From Octopus bimaculoides (Eukaryota), in NCBI RefSeq assembly GCF_001194135.2, contig NC_068987.1, forward strand, positions 96,647,327-96,711,326: 64,000 nucleotides of DNA, in the 5' to 3' direction. The translations under genes were made by a program, and so were the position numbers. How positions within the stretch are numbered: the first letter of the stretch is position 1; each line of letters opens with the position of its first letter. Below, piece by piece: positions 12,503 through 24,359 of this stretch. The notes beneath the pieces are model-generated. The model was given only the letters and a program-made list of their open reading frames with translations, was not told the origin of the DNA and did no database searches.

Positions 12503-13473
12503 GTATGTATCAAGGGATATATTCTCTTACTGATTCTGATCTAAACGCTCCAACTATACAAGGTTCAGGGTGGTTATCTCTCACCAGCTTCTGTCTAAAC
12601 CCACAACTTCAAAAGAGAAAAAAACTGTCCGTAGTTATATAGTAATGTGGTATTTAGCTTACACATGTAAGCCAACATGCCTATTCGTGCTAGTTAGACT
12701 CCTGTTTTGATATTTTCAGTTAAGTCAACTAAATTCTATGACATTTAACACCATACTAACTGTATCAGTAGGCAGAAAATGAATGTAAACCAATACGACA
12801 GTCATGTCACAGTAAGAACAAGGGAGATAAGCTATGGCTAGTTGTCAGCCCTTAGACTCTAAGGTTTTCTTAACCATTATTTTTTTTTTTTTTGTTATCT
12901 ATAGATCCTTTTGATTACTATTCTATTTTGGTTGGCACCCATAGCCATTCGAAGTTTAAAAATAAGTTTTATAGGTTCTTATTTCAAAATTCCCCCTTTT
13001 CCTTTTCTTTTTTTTTTTACACATTAACTTGTGTAGGCTGGACTATGTAAAATGTTCAAGAAAGAAATCTAGCTGTTTCTCGCAATAAATACACCTAAAG
13101 CAAAAATTTTTCATGGACCCTAGATATATTACAGGTAGTCCCCAATTTACTGTTTTGCTTGCATGGCCTTCTGTCGAGAACCACTGCTTTAGATGAGAAT
13201 CTGAAAATAAAAACTGCTTATCAGTCTCAAAGTGACCATTGTTTTTTCAGTCTGTAGTTCATACCATTAGTGTTCATTTCTGGTTTCTATGATATTAAGT
13301 GAATGAAAAATATACAGGGATACATTGGGTTGGCCAGAAAGTCCATTTTAGCTTTTGTTGACACTAAATTTGAAGCACTCTAATAAGTAGCTAACTTCAG
13401 TCTGTCTTTTGTGCATGCCCACTCCTTAGATGCATGACACTTCAATGTGAACTTGTAATGAGATGGGTCACAT
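11641..13473. repeat. Long inverted repeat: 162-bp arms 11641-11802 and 13312-13473
   Basis: Manual alignment: 2 substitutions plus 2 single-base indels; spacer 1509 bp. Confidence 0.95.
11818..11968. mobile_element. hAT-type MITE (151 bp)
   Basis: TIR CAGGGCCGGC / rc CAGGGCTGGC; perfect 8-bp TSD ACTATCAG at 11810-11817 and 11969-11976. Confidence 0.9.
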
Positions 13474-14969
13474 AATTAGGTTAACTCTCTGCCAAAGGTA
13501 ATTTTTGTTTCAGAAGAAAGTGCACTCAACATTACAAGCCATCACTCATTACCTTTTTGCAGCTAAACAAGTTAAAGGAATCTCAAGCATTCATTCTAAT
13601 ATGAGTAGCAACCAACTATCCTACAAATTCCACCTGATCATCTTAGAAAAATGGAAGGCCTCGTTGGATAATGTAGTTTTAAATGCAGCATCCTTATATG
13701 TTTGAAAAGGATTTGGAATGGTTACAACTGAATGTGTTTGATAATAGTCCTGTTCTATCAGAACTGACCTGAGACAAAACAACTTGCAGCTAGATTTTAA
13801 TTGTTTTCATTTTACATCCATTTTTGTCCAACACATACCAGCATTTTTTCATGCTGTTACAAATTGGACAAAGACTTGATTGAGGCAGTATTTTATGATT
13901 GGATGCCCTTCATGTTGCCAACCCTTAGCTCTATAACAGTTGAATTTGACCCCACATGGAAATCACGAGTTGATCATATGTGCAGACCCCATTTTAGTTC
14001 AATCAGCATTTTATGCTCACATGATAGTCTAGTAGCACGACTAGAGCTGTCTATGAACAGAGCCTACAAATATAGCTGGCTTTAGTGTGAAAAAGCAGAG
14101 TGAATTTGGTCCTTGGTGGAGTTTGCTCTAATAGTTGTTCTGACAGCTACATACTAACACAGAGCAAAAGATGAAGAAACATACCACAGAAACAAGAATA
14201 TGCATTGATGTGTAGAATCAGCCTAAATGTGAACTTCTGATGAAGATCTCCTGCTCTTGTAATATACATTATTTCATATCAAATTTATTCTTGTATTGCA
14301 TGAGCACCTTCTGCATTGATGTAGCAATAAATGATGCACATATATATATTCTGACTAGTCTTTCTTCATGACTATGCCACACCTCTTTTCAACTAAGAGA
14401 TGTTTTATTGCACTGGACTTTAGAATTATCAAGCCATAGAACATATTCTTTATGGGCAATGTAAAAATAGTATTCCCTTTTGCTCAAATAGTGTCTTGTA
14501 GCACATATATATTTGTGTATATAATCCATGTCATTACCTGTAGTACTAGTGTTGTATATCTATGTCACATTAAACTCCTATACTCCAAGATTGCACACTT
14601 TACCAATTATAATGTTGCATATATTTGGGCTTAGAATAGCACCAAATAAAACTGAATAATAGCAAACAAATTATTGATATTTTGAATCCTTCATTTGTAC
14701 ACTTGTTTCAATAATTTCATAAAAGCCATCTCATGAGCAAAATTTAAACTGCCTGAATCAGCATAATCTATACAAAAATACGTTACAACATTTTCCCTGT
14801 CTTTTACTCATTTTAATTAACGAGAACCATGAAAAAATGGACTTGAACTGAATCATGTATGTAAAGGATGGAATGTCATGAACGGATCAATAAACAATAT
14901 ATCTTTTCATCACACCTAGGCTAAGTACCTACATATGTATTTTTTATGATGATGACAATACTCTAATCT

Positions 14970-15322
14970 TTTAACTTTTACTAATTTCAGTCATTAGACT
15001 GAGTCCATGCTGGGGCACTGCTTTGAAGAATTTTAGACAAACAAATCGAGCCCAGCACTTATTCTATCAGTCTCTTTTGTCAAACTACTAAGCTACAGGG
15101 ACATAAACACACCAACACCAATTAAGGTATAAACACCTACACAAAGACATACACATATGCATGACAGGCTTCTTTCAGTTTCCATCTACCAAACCCACTC
15201 ACAAGACTTTGGTTGGCCTGAGGCTATAGTTGAGGACACTTGCCCAAGGTGCCATGCAATGGGACTGAACTCAGAACCATGTAGTTGGGAAGCAAATGTA
15301 TCACACAACCACGTTTGCACCT
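14970..15322 (-). mobile_element. SINE family A copy (diverged)
   Basis: Reverse complement of the 44527 copy along its length. Confidence 0.75.
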
Positions 15323-16794
15323 ACATATAATTTATATACTATTGATAAATTATTGTCTAAGACGAATCATAAAGGGAAAGAAAAAATTAGAATGAGACAG
15401 CAGGAGAAATTAAAAAGTAACTGAAGGCAAAAGGAAACGTTTCTGTACCTCATACTAATACTCCTACTCTATGACAACTAGCAGTTTCAACTCATTTCTT
15501 GAACTCCTTGTTTTATTTCAAGTGAACCTCATTTCTTGGCTTTTTCTTTCATGCATTATTGTGAGATGACTTTGGATTTGTACAAATTTTGGAAATGATT
15601 ACTTGAGAAAAGGCAGCATTGTTTCAAGACAAACATTGGTGCTTGTAGATACATTTTGACGAAGCAGCATTTGGTGATACTGTTGTTAGACGGTTTTCAG
15701 CACTGATTCTTGTGAAACAAATTGTACTGTAGGTGAGAAACATAAAGCTTATAAACAATTACAATTTATGGATCAGGTGATGAAGGTCACAGAGAGGGTC
15801 ATAGCTCAGCAAATATAATTTTCTCTGACCTTCAAGTTTAATTTGTTTATTATATTTGAAATTGTATGTAAAATGATATTTATGTAACCATACTTATATT
15901 TGTTCTATAGAGTATACAAGAGGACACAGCAATACATCTTCAAATCAAAAACCTTCTCGGGAGTGTTTGTTGTATAACAAATCACAGATAATAATGCCTG
16001 CTGAAGGAGAAAAATGGAGTAAAGATATCATCTTGTTTTATATCCGCTTTCAATGCTGGTATGTGTTGAACATGCCATCACGGTCCAAGTCAGTTATTTG
16101 GAGTTACTGTTTTCAATGGGTCAGAGGAATGTGTCTCACCAATACTTTCTTATTTTTGATATTGTGCCTTTCCTAACACCAGCTATTTTATAGAATTTAA
16201 AAGAAACATTGAAGACACATCATATTACTGCAAAAAGTGTACATCTGCTCACAGACGAAAGGAAAGAGTTACAACCAATCAGTTGTTTGATTGCTTTTAT
16301 GCTCATGAGAAATTTCAGAAAAGTTTCATCATTGTTCAATGTCCTCCTTCCATGGGTTGGACAGTTTGACAGGATCTAGCCAGGCAGAAGACTGCATCAT
16401 ACTTGTGTGTCTGTTTTGGCAGTTTTTAATGGCTGGATACCCTTCCTAACACCAACCACCCTACAGAGTAGGCCGAGTGCTTCTGTGGCACCAGCACAGG
16501 CAAGGTCAGTTTTGGCATGGTTTTTACAGCTGGATGCCCTTCCAAATGACAACCACTTTATAGTGTGGGCTGGATGCTTTTTTTATTGAAATAAAAAGGC
16601 AGCTGCCACAATGAATTGGATCATTGTTGCTGCAAACACCCAGTACACTGTTAAGTGGTTGGCATGAGGAAAGGCATCCATGCCAAAACAGATCGCTTGA
16701 GCCTCTTGTAGCCCTCCAGTTTGCCAGCTCCTGTCAAACCATCCAATCCATGCCAGCATGGAAGACAGATGTTAAATGATTATGATGATGATGG

Positions 16795-16975
16795 TGAGAC
16801 AATCAATGAAGAATTTTACTTCAATGTCTTGAAGCATCTGAATAAAAGCAATGTGAAGGATGAGGCCTGAAACAAAGACAAACAAAATTTGGATACTGCA
16901 CCATAACATACTTGTTCAGGTGTCATTCTTTATTTGAGGATTTTTGGCAAAGGCATGAAGACTCTACAGCCCTTC
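16795..16975 (+). mobile_element. Mariner transposase remnant
   Basis: TINEEFYFNVLKHL ... IWILHHN ... FLAK, resembling the mariner TVN..YY..VL..L / W.LHHDNA / FLAK motifs. Confidence 0.55.
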
Positions 16976-17992
16976 CTAAAATCAACCATTCCAAGAGTGA
17001 AGCGGATGTCTTTTATGTGCCACTGATGGGGTCTGCTGAGTTTTAGTTCTCAATACTGAAAGCTGTCTATTTCAGATGATAGATGTTGAAGAAAATCTAT
17101 TACGGAGCTGTGCATTACACCAAAAAATTATTCCAGAATTGACAAAAATGTTGGGGGAAATGCATGAACAGTGAAAGAACTATTTTGAAAGAGACAAGCA
17201 CGATTAAATCACAAGAAATGAATTCATGTTTTTTTTTAAAGATTAGTTTCTTTTTGGACAGACTTTTAAAGTATGTGCATATGATTCTTACAAGATCTAG
17301 CTGAACACACATACAGGATGGTTAAGCATTGAAAAATCATTGAAATACACTTTGCCAAACCCAATGCGACCAAATACTCTTAAGAAAAAATACAAAACAA
17401 ATAAGAACTGTCAATTAGCTTATTCTTAAATACATTACTAATGTAAATATTTTATACACCCATTAGAAATATGATGGAGTGTCTGTTGTCACTCAACATG
17501 CTATACATAGCAGCCTAATCTCTTCCAGAGCATACCCTTTCATCTAGAAAATAGGAAAGGCACACCAAATAATGTAATTTAGACACACTAGGAAAGAAAG
17601 AAATATTTAAATAGTTAGAAATGGAAAATGTTTCAGCCTTGATAATCCGGACATCACAGGCCTGCTTAATTAGTGCTGGGCTGGTGTTAACCACCCAGTA
17701 TGATTCTAATGCAGAAATGTATGGTGCTGAACTTAATAGATCTAATATCAAGCAACTTAGCTTTACATAGACTGCAGGAACTCCATCACAGTGTTGAGAG
17801 AGGAACAACAAAAATACCCCTACTGCATAGAACACCATGTCAAGGCTATATCAGGCTAACTTTCGTGTTCAGAAAAACAAAGTTAGTAATGACTAGAGCA
17901 AGATTAGAGGGATCTCATTCTAAATTGTTACATTCCCATGCCTACTCAATTATTTCTTCTGTAATGAACTGCAGCATTTGATACACCATATA

Positions 17993-18208
17993 CGATGGGG
18001 TACTGAAAAGTTCTTGGTTTGAGGTAAAAGAAAATACAGGAGGGTCAGTTAATTATATTTTTATTCATCACATTCTTCTCTCAGATTCACAAACTTGTTG
18101 CAGCAGTCCCTCAGCTTTTCTAAGCCCTGTAAAGAACTTGGAAGGTTGGGCCTCCAACTAGGCCTTTCACAATACCCTCAATGCCAGGAACTTTTCAGCA
18201 CTCCTTTG
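17993..18208. mobile_element. Mariner-type MITE, second copy
   Basis: Co-linear with the 10546 copy; TA dinucleotides on both sides. Confidence 0.85.
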
Positions 18209-18393
18209 TAATAAAATTCTTCAAGACAAGAACATGCTAGATATTCTCCAACTATACCGGAGATAAGTCAACAACAAATACTGAGTCTTCAGTTACACAT
18301 AATAAATCCATAAACTCTGAGAGATTTGGTCTAGCACTACCATTTTAGCTATCAGCCTCATCCATTTAATTTATGATTTGTAACACAGACACA

Positions 18394-18745
18394 GGTATGG
18401 CTGTGTGGTAAGAAATCTGGTTCCCAACCATATGGTCTTCGATTCAGTCCCATTGCACAGTACCTTGAACAAGTGTTTTCCATTATAGCTTCAGGCCAAC
18501 CAAAGTGGATGGATTTGATAGAAGGAAACTGAAAGGAGCTGGTCCTCTATGTGTGTGTGTGTGTGTGTCTTTGTGTTTGTCCCCACCAATGCTTGACAAC
18601 TTATGTTAGTTTATGTCTTTCTGACTTAGTAGATCAGCAAAAGAGACTGATAGAATAAGTACCAGGCTTCAATTAAGTGCTGGGGTCAATTTATTTGGCT
18701 ACACCCTTCAAGGTGGTGCCCAAGCATGGCTGCAATCCACTGATA
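18394..18745 (+). mobile_element. SINE family A copy
   Basis: Head tggctgtgtggtaag...ttcagtccc, internal (TG)n, 3' ggtggtgcccaagcatggctgca. Confidence 0.8.
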
Positions 18746-19968
18746 TAAGAACACAAGCCAAAAATTTGTACAGAAGTGGAGTCTATAGTCAACTATTTCA
18801 ATCTCAGTAGATAATTTATCAAATCCAAAGAGATTAAATGTAAAGTGAACCTTAGCCGGATTTGAACTCAGAACATAAAGGGAGACAACCCCAAAATACT
18901 TTCAATATATTTAATACAACACCCCAGTCTCAATATCTATATATTCTTCAAATTAATATTAAAGCCCTACAAGGACAGTATCATCATCATCATCATCATC
19001 CAACGTCTGTTTTCCATGCTGGCATGGGTTGGAGGTTTGATAGGGACTGGCAAGGCCAGGGGCCATGCAATGTTCCACAGTGTTTGGCTTGGATTCTACG
19101 ACTGGATGCCCTTCCTGATGTCAACCACTTTACAAAGTATACTGGTTGCTTTTTTTTACATGGCACCAGCATCCACACCAATGCTTTTTACATAGCAGCT
19201 TGGTTTTAGGATCTCAATGAATGATAGAAATGATAAGCTGCCACCCAAAGTGCCTTATAGTGTTTAATTATATACCTTAATGTTAACTCTGACTCCTGCT
19301 TTTCATATTTCAGATATTTTGCGATTCAATCAACTATGCACTCCTTTACAATTTGTGTTGACATGAGAAATCATTATTCAAATACTGAGGCTACATGTAC
19401 CAAAAGAATAGCAGCTTTTTAAAAGCATGATAATATAAGTTATGGTGAAATGTTGTATAAAATTTCGATATGTTACACAAAGCATCATCAATGTGGCATG
19501 GAAGACGTGTTTTGATATGCAATGAGGTTATGGTTTAGTCAAGGCACATAATTTACAATATATAGCAGATTAATACAGTGTTTTGATAGACAGGGTGGCA
19601 ATAGTTATACAAAATAAAAGTATGTATGCATTTCTTATTATATATATGAGCATATGCACAATTTTAAATAACTATTTAACATTTTCTATATGCATGCATT
19701 CTTGTAGACAAGTGTGTGTTTGTGTTTGTATGTTTCATAGATGAAAAATTGAATGTAGTCAGTATAATTTCAATATGTAACCATAGTCATCTGTACTATT
19801 GGAGTACGTTTTTAATCTAATGTTAGTGTATAGACATGAAGGCATATACAGTGTATGTATGGAACATGGTCTGGTTGTTTCTGTAAATGGGGAATATATT
19901 CTTTACAGAATAAAGAAAATGAAACATAAATAGAACTTAAGCTAAATTAATGTCAAGTCAAAGGCACA

Positions 19969-20991
19969 TCATCTCTTCTTATACAAGCATGGCTTTAAGC
20001 TTAGAGAAATGTTCTGTTTTTCTTTTTTAGATTTTGAAGAATCTCTCATAAATTTCATTATCACAAACAGTTTGTAATTGGTAGTTGACAAATGTGAGAA
20101 ACCCATTTTCTCAATTTCTCTCACAAAGTCAAGCTGTTTCTTGAATCGACTGACCACTTCAGCAACTAGCAAGATACCTTTGTGTTTCAGTACCCGAGCA
20201 GCTTCAGCAATGTAGTCAACCATATTGGTACCCATCAAAGACAAACAAAAGACAGCTGTATCCATACTGGCAATCTTGAGTGGCACATGTGCCATATCAC
20301 AAGCAGTGACATGTTTGTTCAAAGCCACAAGATCATATGAGAACACTTCATGTGGGACACTTTGTGCGAGCAGAGCCTCACCACAACCAAAGTCTACAAC
20401 CTTTGATGAGCGTGGTGTCTGTCGTACATAATCAAGGATTTTTTCAAGAGGATTCACAGGCCACTTTTTCACCTGACTTTGGAAACCACTGTGATATATT
20501 TTGAATGCTTCTTTGTCAGACTGGAAATAAATGTATGATTTCTGTCCAGTTTCAGTATATAATTTTTCATTTAAGTAACGGAACCTTGCAGCATTAAGTT
20601 TCTCTTGTAATTTATGAATGTGCTCAGCTTGTTTGTCTTTCTTCTCATCTTTTGAACATTTTACACCCATTGCCAATTGTAATTTCTTTAAACTCTTTCC
20701 TTTGGGCAAATTTTTGCTTTTGCAAATCCCTTTGCTTTTCTTCAGAACAACGCTATCGACCTTTTGATTTTGTTTTCTAATATCCTTCCATCTTTTCTTA
20801 TTCTTGTTCTTTTCAGTTAGCTTCTTTGACGGAAGATATCTTGATAAGTTGGTGATTTTAGATACAACTTCACTTGAACTGGCAGAAACTGATTTCTGAG
20901 AACTTGGTGCCTTTTTATGTATAATTTTCTTCTTTTTCCGACGTTTAGTTACAAATGGATCAGGTATATCACTTTCACTAGATGAAGGCAT
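19969..20991 (-). CDS. RRP8: Ribosomal RNA-processing protein 8 (nucleomethylin; SAM-dependent 25S/28S rRNA m1A methyltransferase)
   Basis: 340-aa stop-free ORF with RRP8 hallmarks: ARFRYLNEKLYT, AFKIYHSGFQSQVKKWPVNP, SAM motif VVDFGCGEA, CDMAHVPL, AVFCLSLMGTN, EAARVLKHKGILLVAEVVSRF and C-terminal LKPCLYKKR. Lys-rich N-terminus. Splice acceptor (tactttttcttttttaatcaAG) just upstream, exon start 20998. Confidence 0.96.
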   Translation of the reverse strand: MPSSSESDIPDPFVTKRRKKKKIIHKKAPSSQKSVSASSSEVVSKITNLSRYLPSKKLTEKNKNKKRWKDIRKQNQKVDSVVLKKSKGICKSKNLPKGKSLKKLQLAMGVKCSKDEKKDKQAEHIHKLQEKLNAARFRYLNEKLYTETGQKSYIYFQSDKEAFKIYHSGFQSQVKKWPVNPLEKILDYVRQTPRSSKVVDFGCGEALLAQSVPHEVFSYDLVALNKHVTACDMAHVPLKIASMDTAVFCLSLMGTNMVDYIAEAARVLKHKGILLVAEVVSRFKKQLDFVREIEKMGFSHLSTTNYKLFVIMKFMRDSSKSKKEKQNISLSLKPCLYKKR

Positions 20992-21198
20992 TATTAACCT
21001 TGATTAAAAAAGAAAAAGTATTTTAATAAACAATAAAGTCCAATTTAAATAACAATATAATTGTTAAAACTGCAACAACAAAATAAAGATAAAATAGTTT
21101 TATCTTTTCCCTGTTTCAATCATCAGTCTGCAGTCATAATGGGGCACCACCTTGAACAATTTTTAGTTGAATGAATCGACCCCAATACTTATTTTTTT

Positions 21199-21419
21199 NN
21201 NNNNNNNNNNNNNNNNNNNNNNNNNNNNNNNNNNNNNNNNNNNNNNNNNNNNNNNNNNNNNNNNNNNNNNNNNNNNNNNNNNNNNNNNNNNNNNNNNNNN
21301 NNNNNNNNNNNNNNNNNNNNNNNNNNNNNNNNNNNNNNNNNNNNNNNNNNNNNNNNNNNNNNNNNNNNNNNNNNNNNNNNNNNNNNNNNNNNNNNNNNNN
21401 NNNNNNNNNNNNNNNNNNN
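21199..21419. other. Assembly gap (N run)
   Basis: Other gaps: 10797-10838, 22331-22583, 29273-29282, 33951-34036, 36038-36047, 50619-50857, 60467-60547. Confidence 1.
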
Positions 21420-24324
21420 TAAATACACCAACTCTGTAGTGGTGATGAACAGACATGAGCTTCTTTCAGTTTCTGTCTCCCAAATCCACTCACAAGGCTT
21501 TGGTCAGCTCAAAGTTGTAGTACAAAACATTTGCCTGAGTTTCCACAGTATGATCTGAACCCAGAGCCATGTGGCTGGGAAGCAAACGCCTTACCACACA
21601 GTCATGCCTGCGCCCAAAAAAAAAAAAGAATATATATAAATAACAGTTCCATCTTAGTGCAACGTTCTGGGGTTTCCTATTAAGATATACATGTGTTTCC
21701 ATCGAGTTTTTTAATCCATATTTGTGTCACAATATCCAATACATATACACCTATTTCAATGGTTTTTAACAGGTTCAATCATCTGACTGTGGCTATATTG
21801 GACTACATCGGTTCTTCATCTATTTCATAAATATTAGTCAACCCTTAGTTATGGTAGAAGACAATAGCCCAAACAACTTGATTGCAAAACAAATTTCTTA
21901 ATCACACACACACCTATCTCTTGTCACTGGACTGCAGCCATGCTGGGGCACCGCCTCGAAGGGTTCAGCCGAACCATCCCAGTATGTATTCTATCGGTCT
22001 CTTTTTCGAACAGCTTAAAGGGGATGTAAACAAACTAGCACCGGTTGTCAAGCAGTGATGGGACACGAACACAAAGACATACATTTAAGGAACCAACACA
22101 AAGGTGTCCTAACGTCGGTGATCGATTAATAGAAAACCAACCAAATCTCCATAAAATCACACCCTCTTAACATCCACGGTGGTGCTCCAGCATGACCGCA
22201 GCCACTTGGCTGACACCCATAAATAAATAAATAAATAAATAAATACAGTGTAGCCCGGTAAACAATAAAGACGAGGCGGCTATGGTTGGAATGCCTTTCA
22301 TCAGACAATCCTAACTCCTAATGAATCTACNNNNNNNNNNNNNNNNNNNNNNNNNNNNNNNNNNNNNNNNNNNNNNNNNNNNNNNNNNNNNNNNNNNNNN
22401 NNNNNNNNNNNNNNNNNNNNNNNNNNNNNNNNNNNNNNNNNNNNNNNNNNNNNNNNNNNNNNNNNNNNNNNNNNNNNNNNNNNNNNNNNNNNNNNNNNNN
22501 NNNNNNNNNNNNNNNNNNNNNNNNNNNNNNNNNNNNNNNNNNNNNNNNNNNNNNNNNNNNNNNNNNNNNNNNNNNNNNNNNNNGGGATTCCGTAAAAAAA
22601 AAAAATAAAACAAGGGGGGAAAGGTTCAGATTACATATAGTCCATCTGGACCGAAAAAAAAATTTACATTTGTAAACTGTAAGAGAATGGTAAAATGCAA
22701 AAGAGGAAATCAATAAAAATATAGAGGTATGCACAAGCCCCTTTATGATACATCGCACCAAGCGGACAATGGTATTGCTCTTTGAATTATTTTTGAGACA
22801 ACCCCAAAAAACTCATTGCATTACCAAAAGAAAAAGAAAACAGTTGCCGACACCAAGTCAACCTTGCGGCGTCCATCCCTCGAAAGATGGATACAAATGC
22901 ATTATAAGCTGGGATGTGAAACTTCACAACTTTTTGTTGTGGATTTTTTTTTTCTGTAACTCAACAAACACTTCACCAATTCCACAGTCGTTCCAATGAG
23001 AGTCGTCTTTCTGTGGTTGCTCAAACCGCTAGAAACAGTCAAATCTTCGAATTATAATTTTATGAATGGCAGAAAACATTGCACAACATAGTCCTAGACG
23101 CAATATGTTTGAATAAAATTGAGTTTTGTAACGGCTTGAATGCCTTCTTTCAATCATGTCTCCTTGATCAGAGAAGGTCTCTAGTTAACCAACAACTATG
23201 ATATATGAAAGAAATTGTATACAGTGCTCAGATGCATTACAACAGCTCTCTTGTTTATACCCACGTGTAATTCTCGCACCGGAAATTAATGGTATATGCT
23301 GTAGCTATTTTACAATATGTTTCGTGTACAAAATATGGTGTTTAATTACCTGTCTTTTAAACTGTTCAACGATACAGTATCCAGAGACGATTAGGCGTGC
23401 GACTATTTCTAATTCTTACACGTTCGTGGCATAAACGTACTTCGAACACATTCAGTTTGTTCATTACTAATTACTTCTAGCGTAAAACACAAGGCCACAA
23501 ATGTAGAGGAAGTGAAGTAGTCGAATGAATAAGCCTAAGTACTTAACGAAATTCGTAAAACTGATGTGCCGTGATAAAGAGTTGTTAAGTTATGAACAGA
23601 GCAATTGACAAATTATTCGAAAGCAAGCAGCAGGTACTTGTACGATGTGTAAAAACGACCAAAAGATAACGGTGTAAAATTTTTAGTTGTCACCTTTCAA
23701 GTTTGTTTTTCTTTTGTCACAGTCAGAACCTCAAAAATATATGAAAAAAAGAAATTAATGGAAAAGGATGCAAGAATTGCATTATTTTGGTTTCGTGGGG
23801 AAAAAAACACTGCTTGGGATCGAATGACGTGACGAAGGAAAAAAAAACTTTGAAGATGGGACTGAAGATTTTACGCCGTTAAAATTAATACATTTTAGCT
23901 TCAAACCTTCAGGAATTCAGCAGAAACTTAATTCTAATGATTAACGACAAGAAGGAAAATAAAAAAAAAATACCATTTAAAAAAAAAATTAAGACCGTCT
24001 CAATATATGTGTTAACACAAAAACCTCTACTTAATACTGCTGGATTTTTTTTTCACAAAATACACAATAAAAGGCTCATGCTAACTAAAATTAGAATGGA
24101 AAGAGTCTAAAGAAATAGGATAAAGGTTAAAGATCAGATGAGAATAACTGAATCACTTTCCAAAATATGACTCACTACATTATGCCAGAAATCCGTTAGT
24201 TTTGAAATAATAATAATATATATATATATATATATATACAGCAGGATAGAGCTGTTGTGTTAGAGATCATAAGACCCCCTTTAAATGTTAACACAAAGAA
24301 ATATCTAAGAAAATATTTTCGCAC

Positions 24325-24359
24325 CATCTGTTCTTCAAATTCTTCAAACTTCCCGCCAT
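24325..24359 (-). CDS. Candidate upstream first exon of RRP8 (MAGSLKNLKNR-W)
   Basis: ATG at 24359 and donor TG|GTGCGA at 24324 (phase 2). Joins in frame to the RRP8 exon start at 20998 (G-TTA-ATA-ATG), giving a 354-aa model. The donor is non-optimal; inference only. Confidence 0.35.
24334..24357 (-). promoter_or_regulatory. CDE/CHR-E2F-like cell-cycle element (GGCGG-4nt-TTTGAA plus second TTTGAA)
   Basis: Minus strand reads GGCGGGAAGTTTGAAGAATTTGAA: canonical CDE-CHR spacing, overlapping E2F-like GGCGGGAA. Another GGCGGGAA lies near 24647. Confidence 0.45.
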
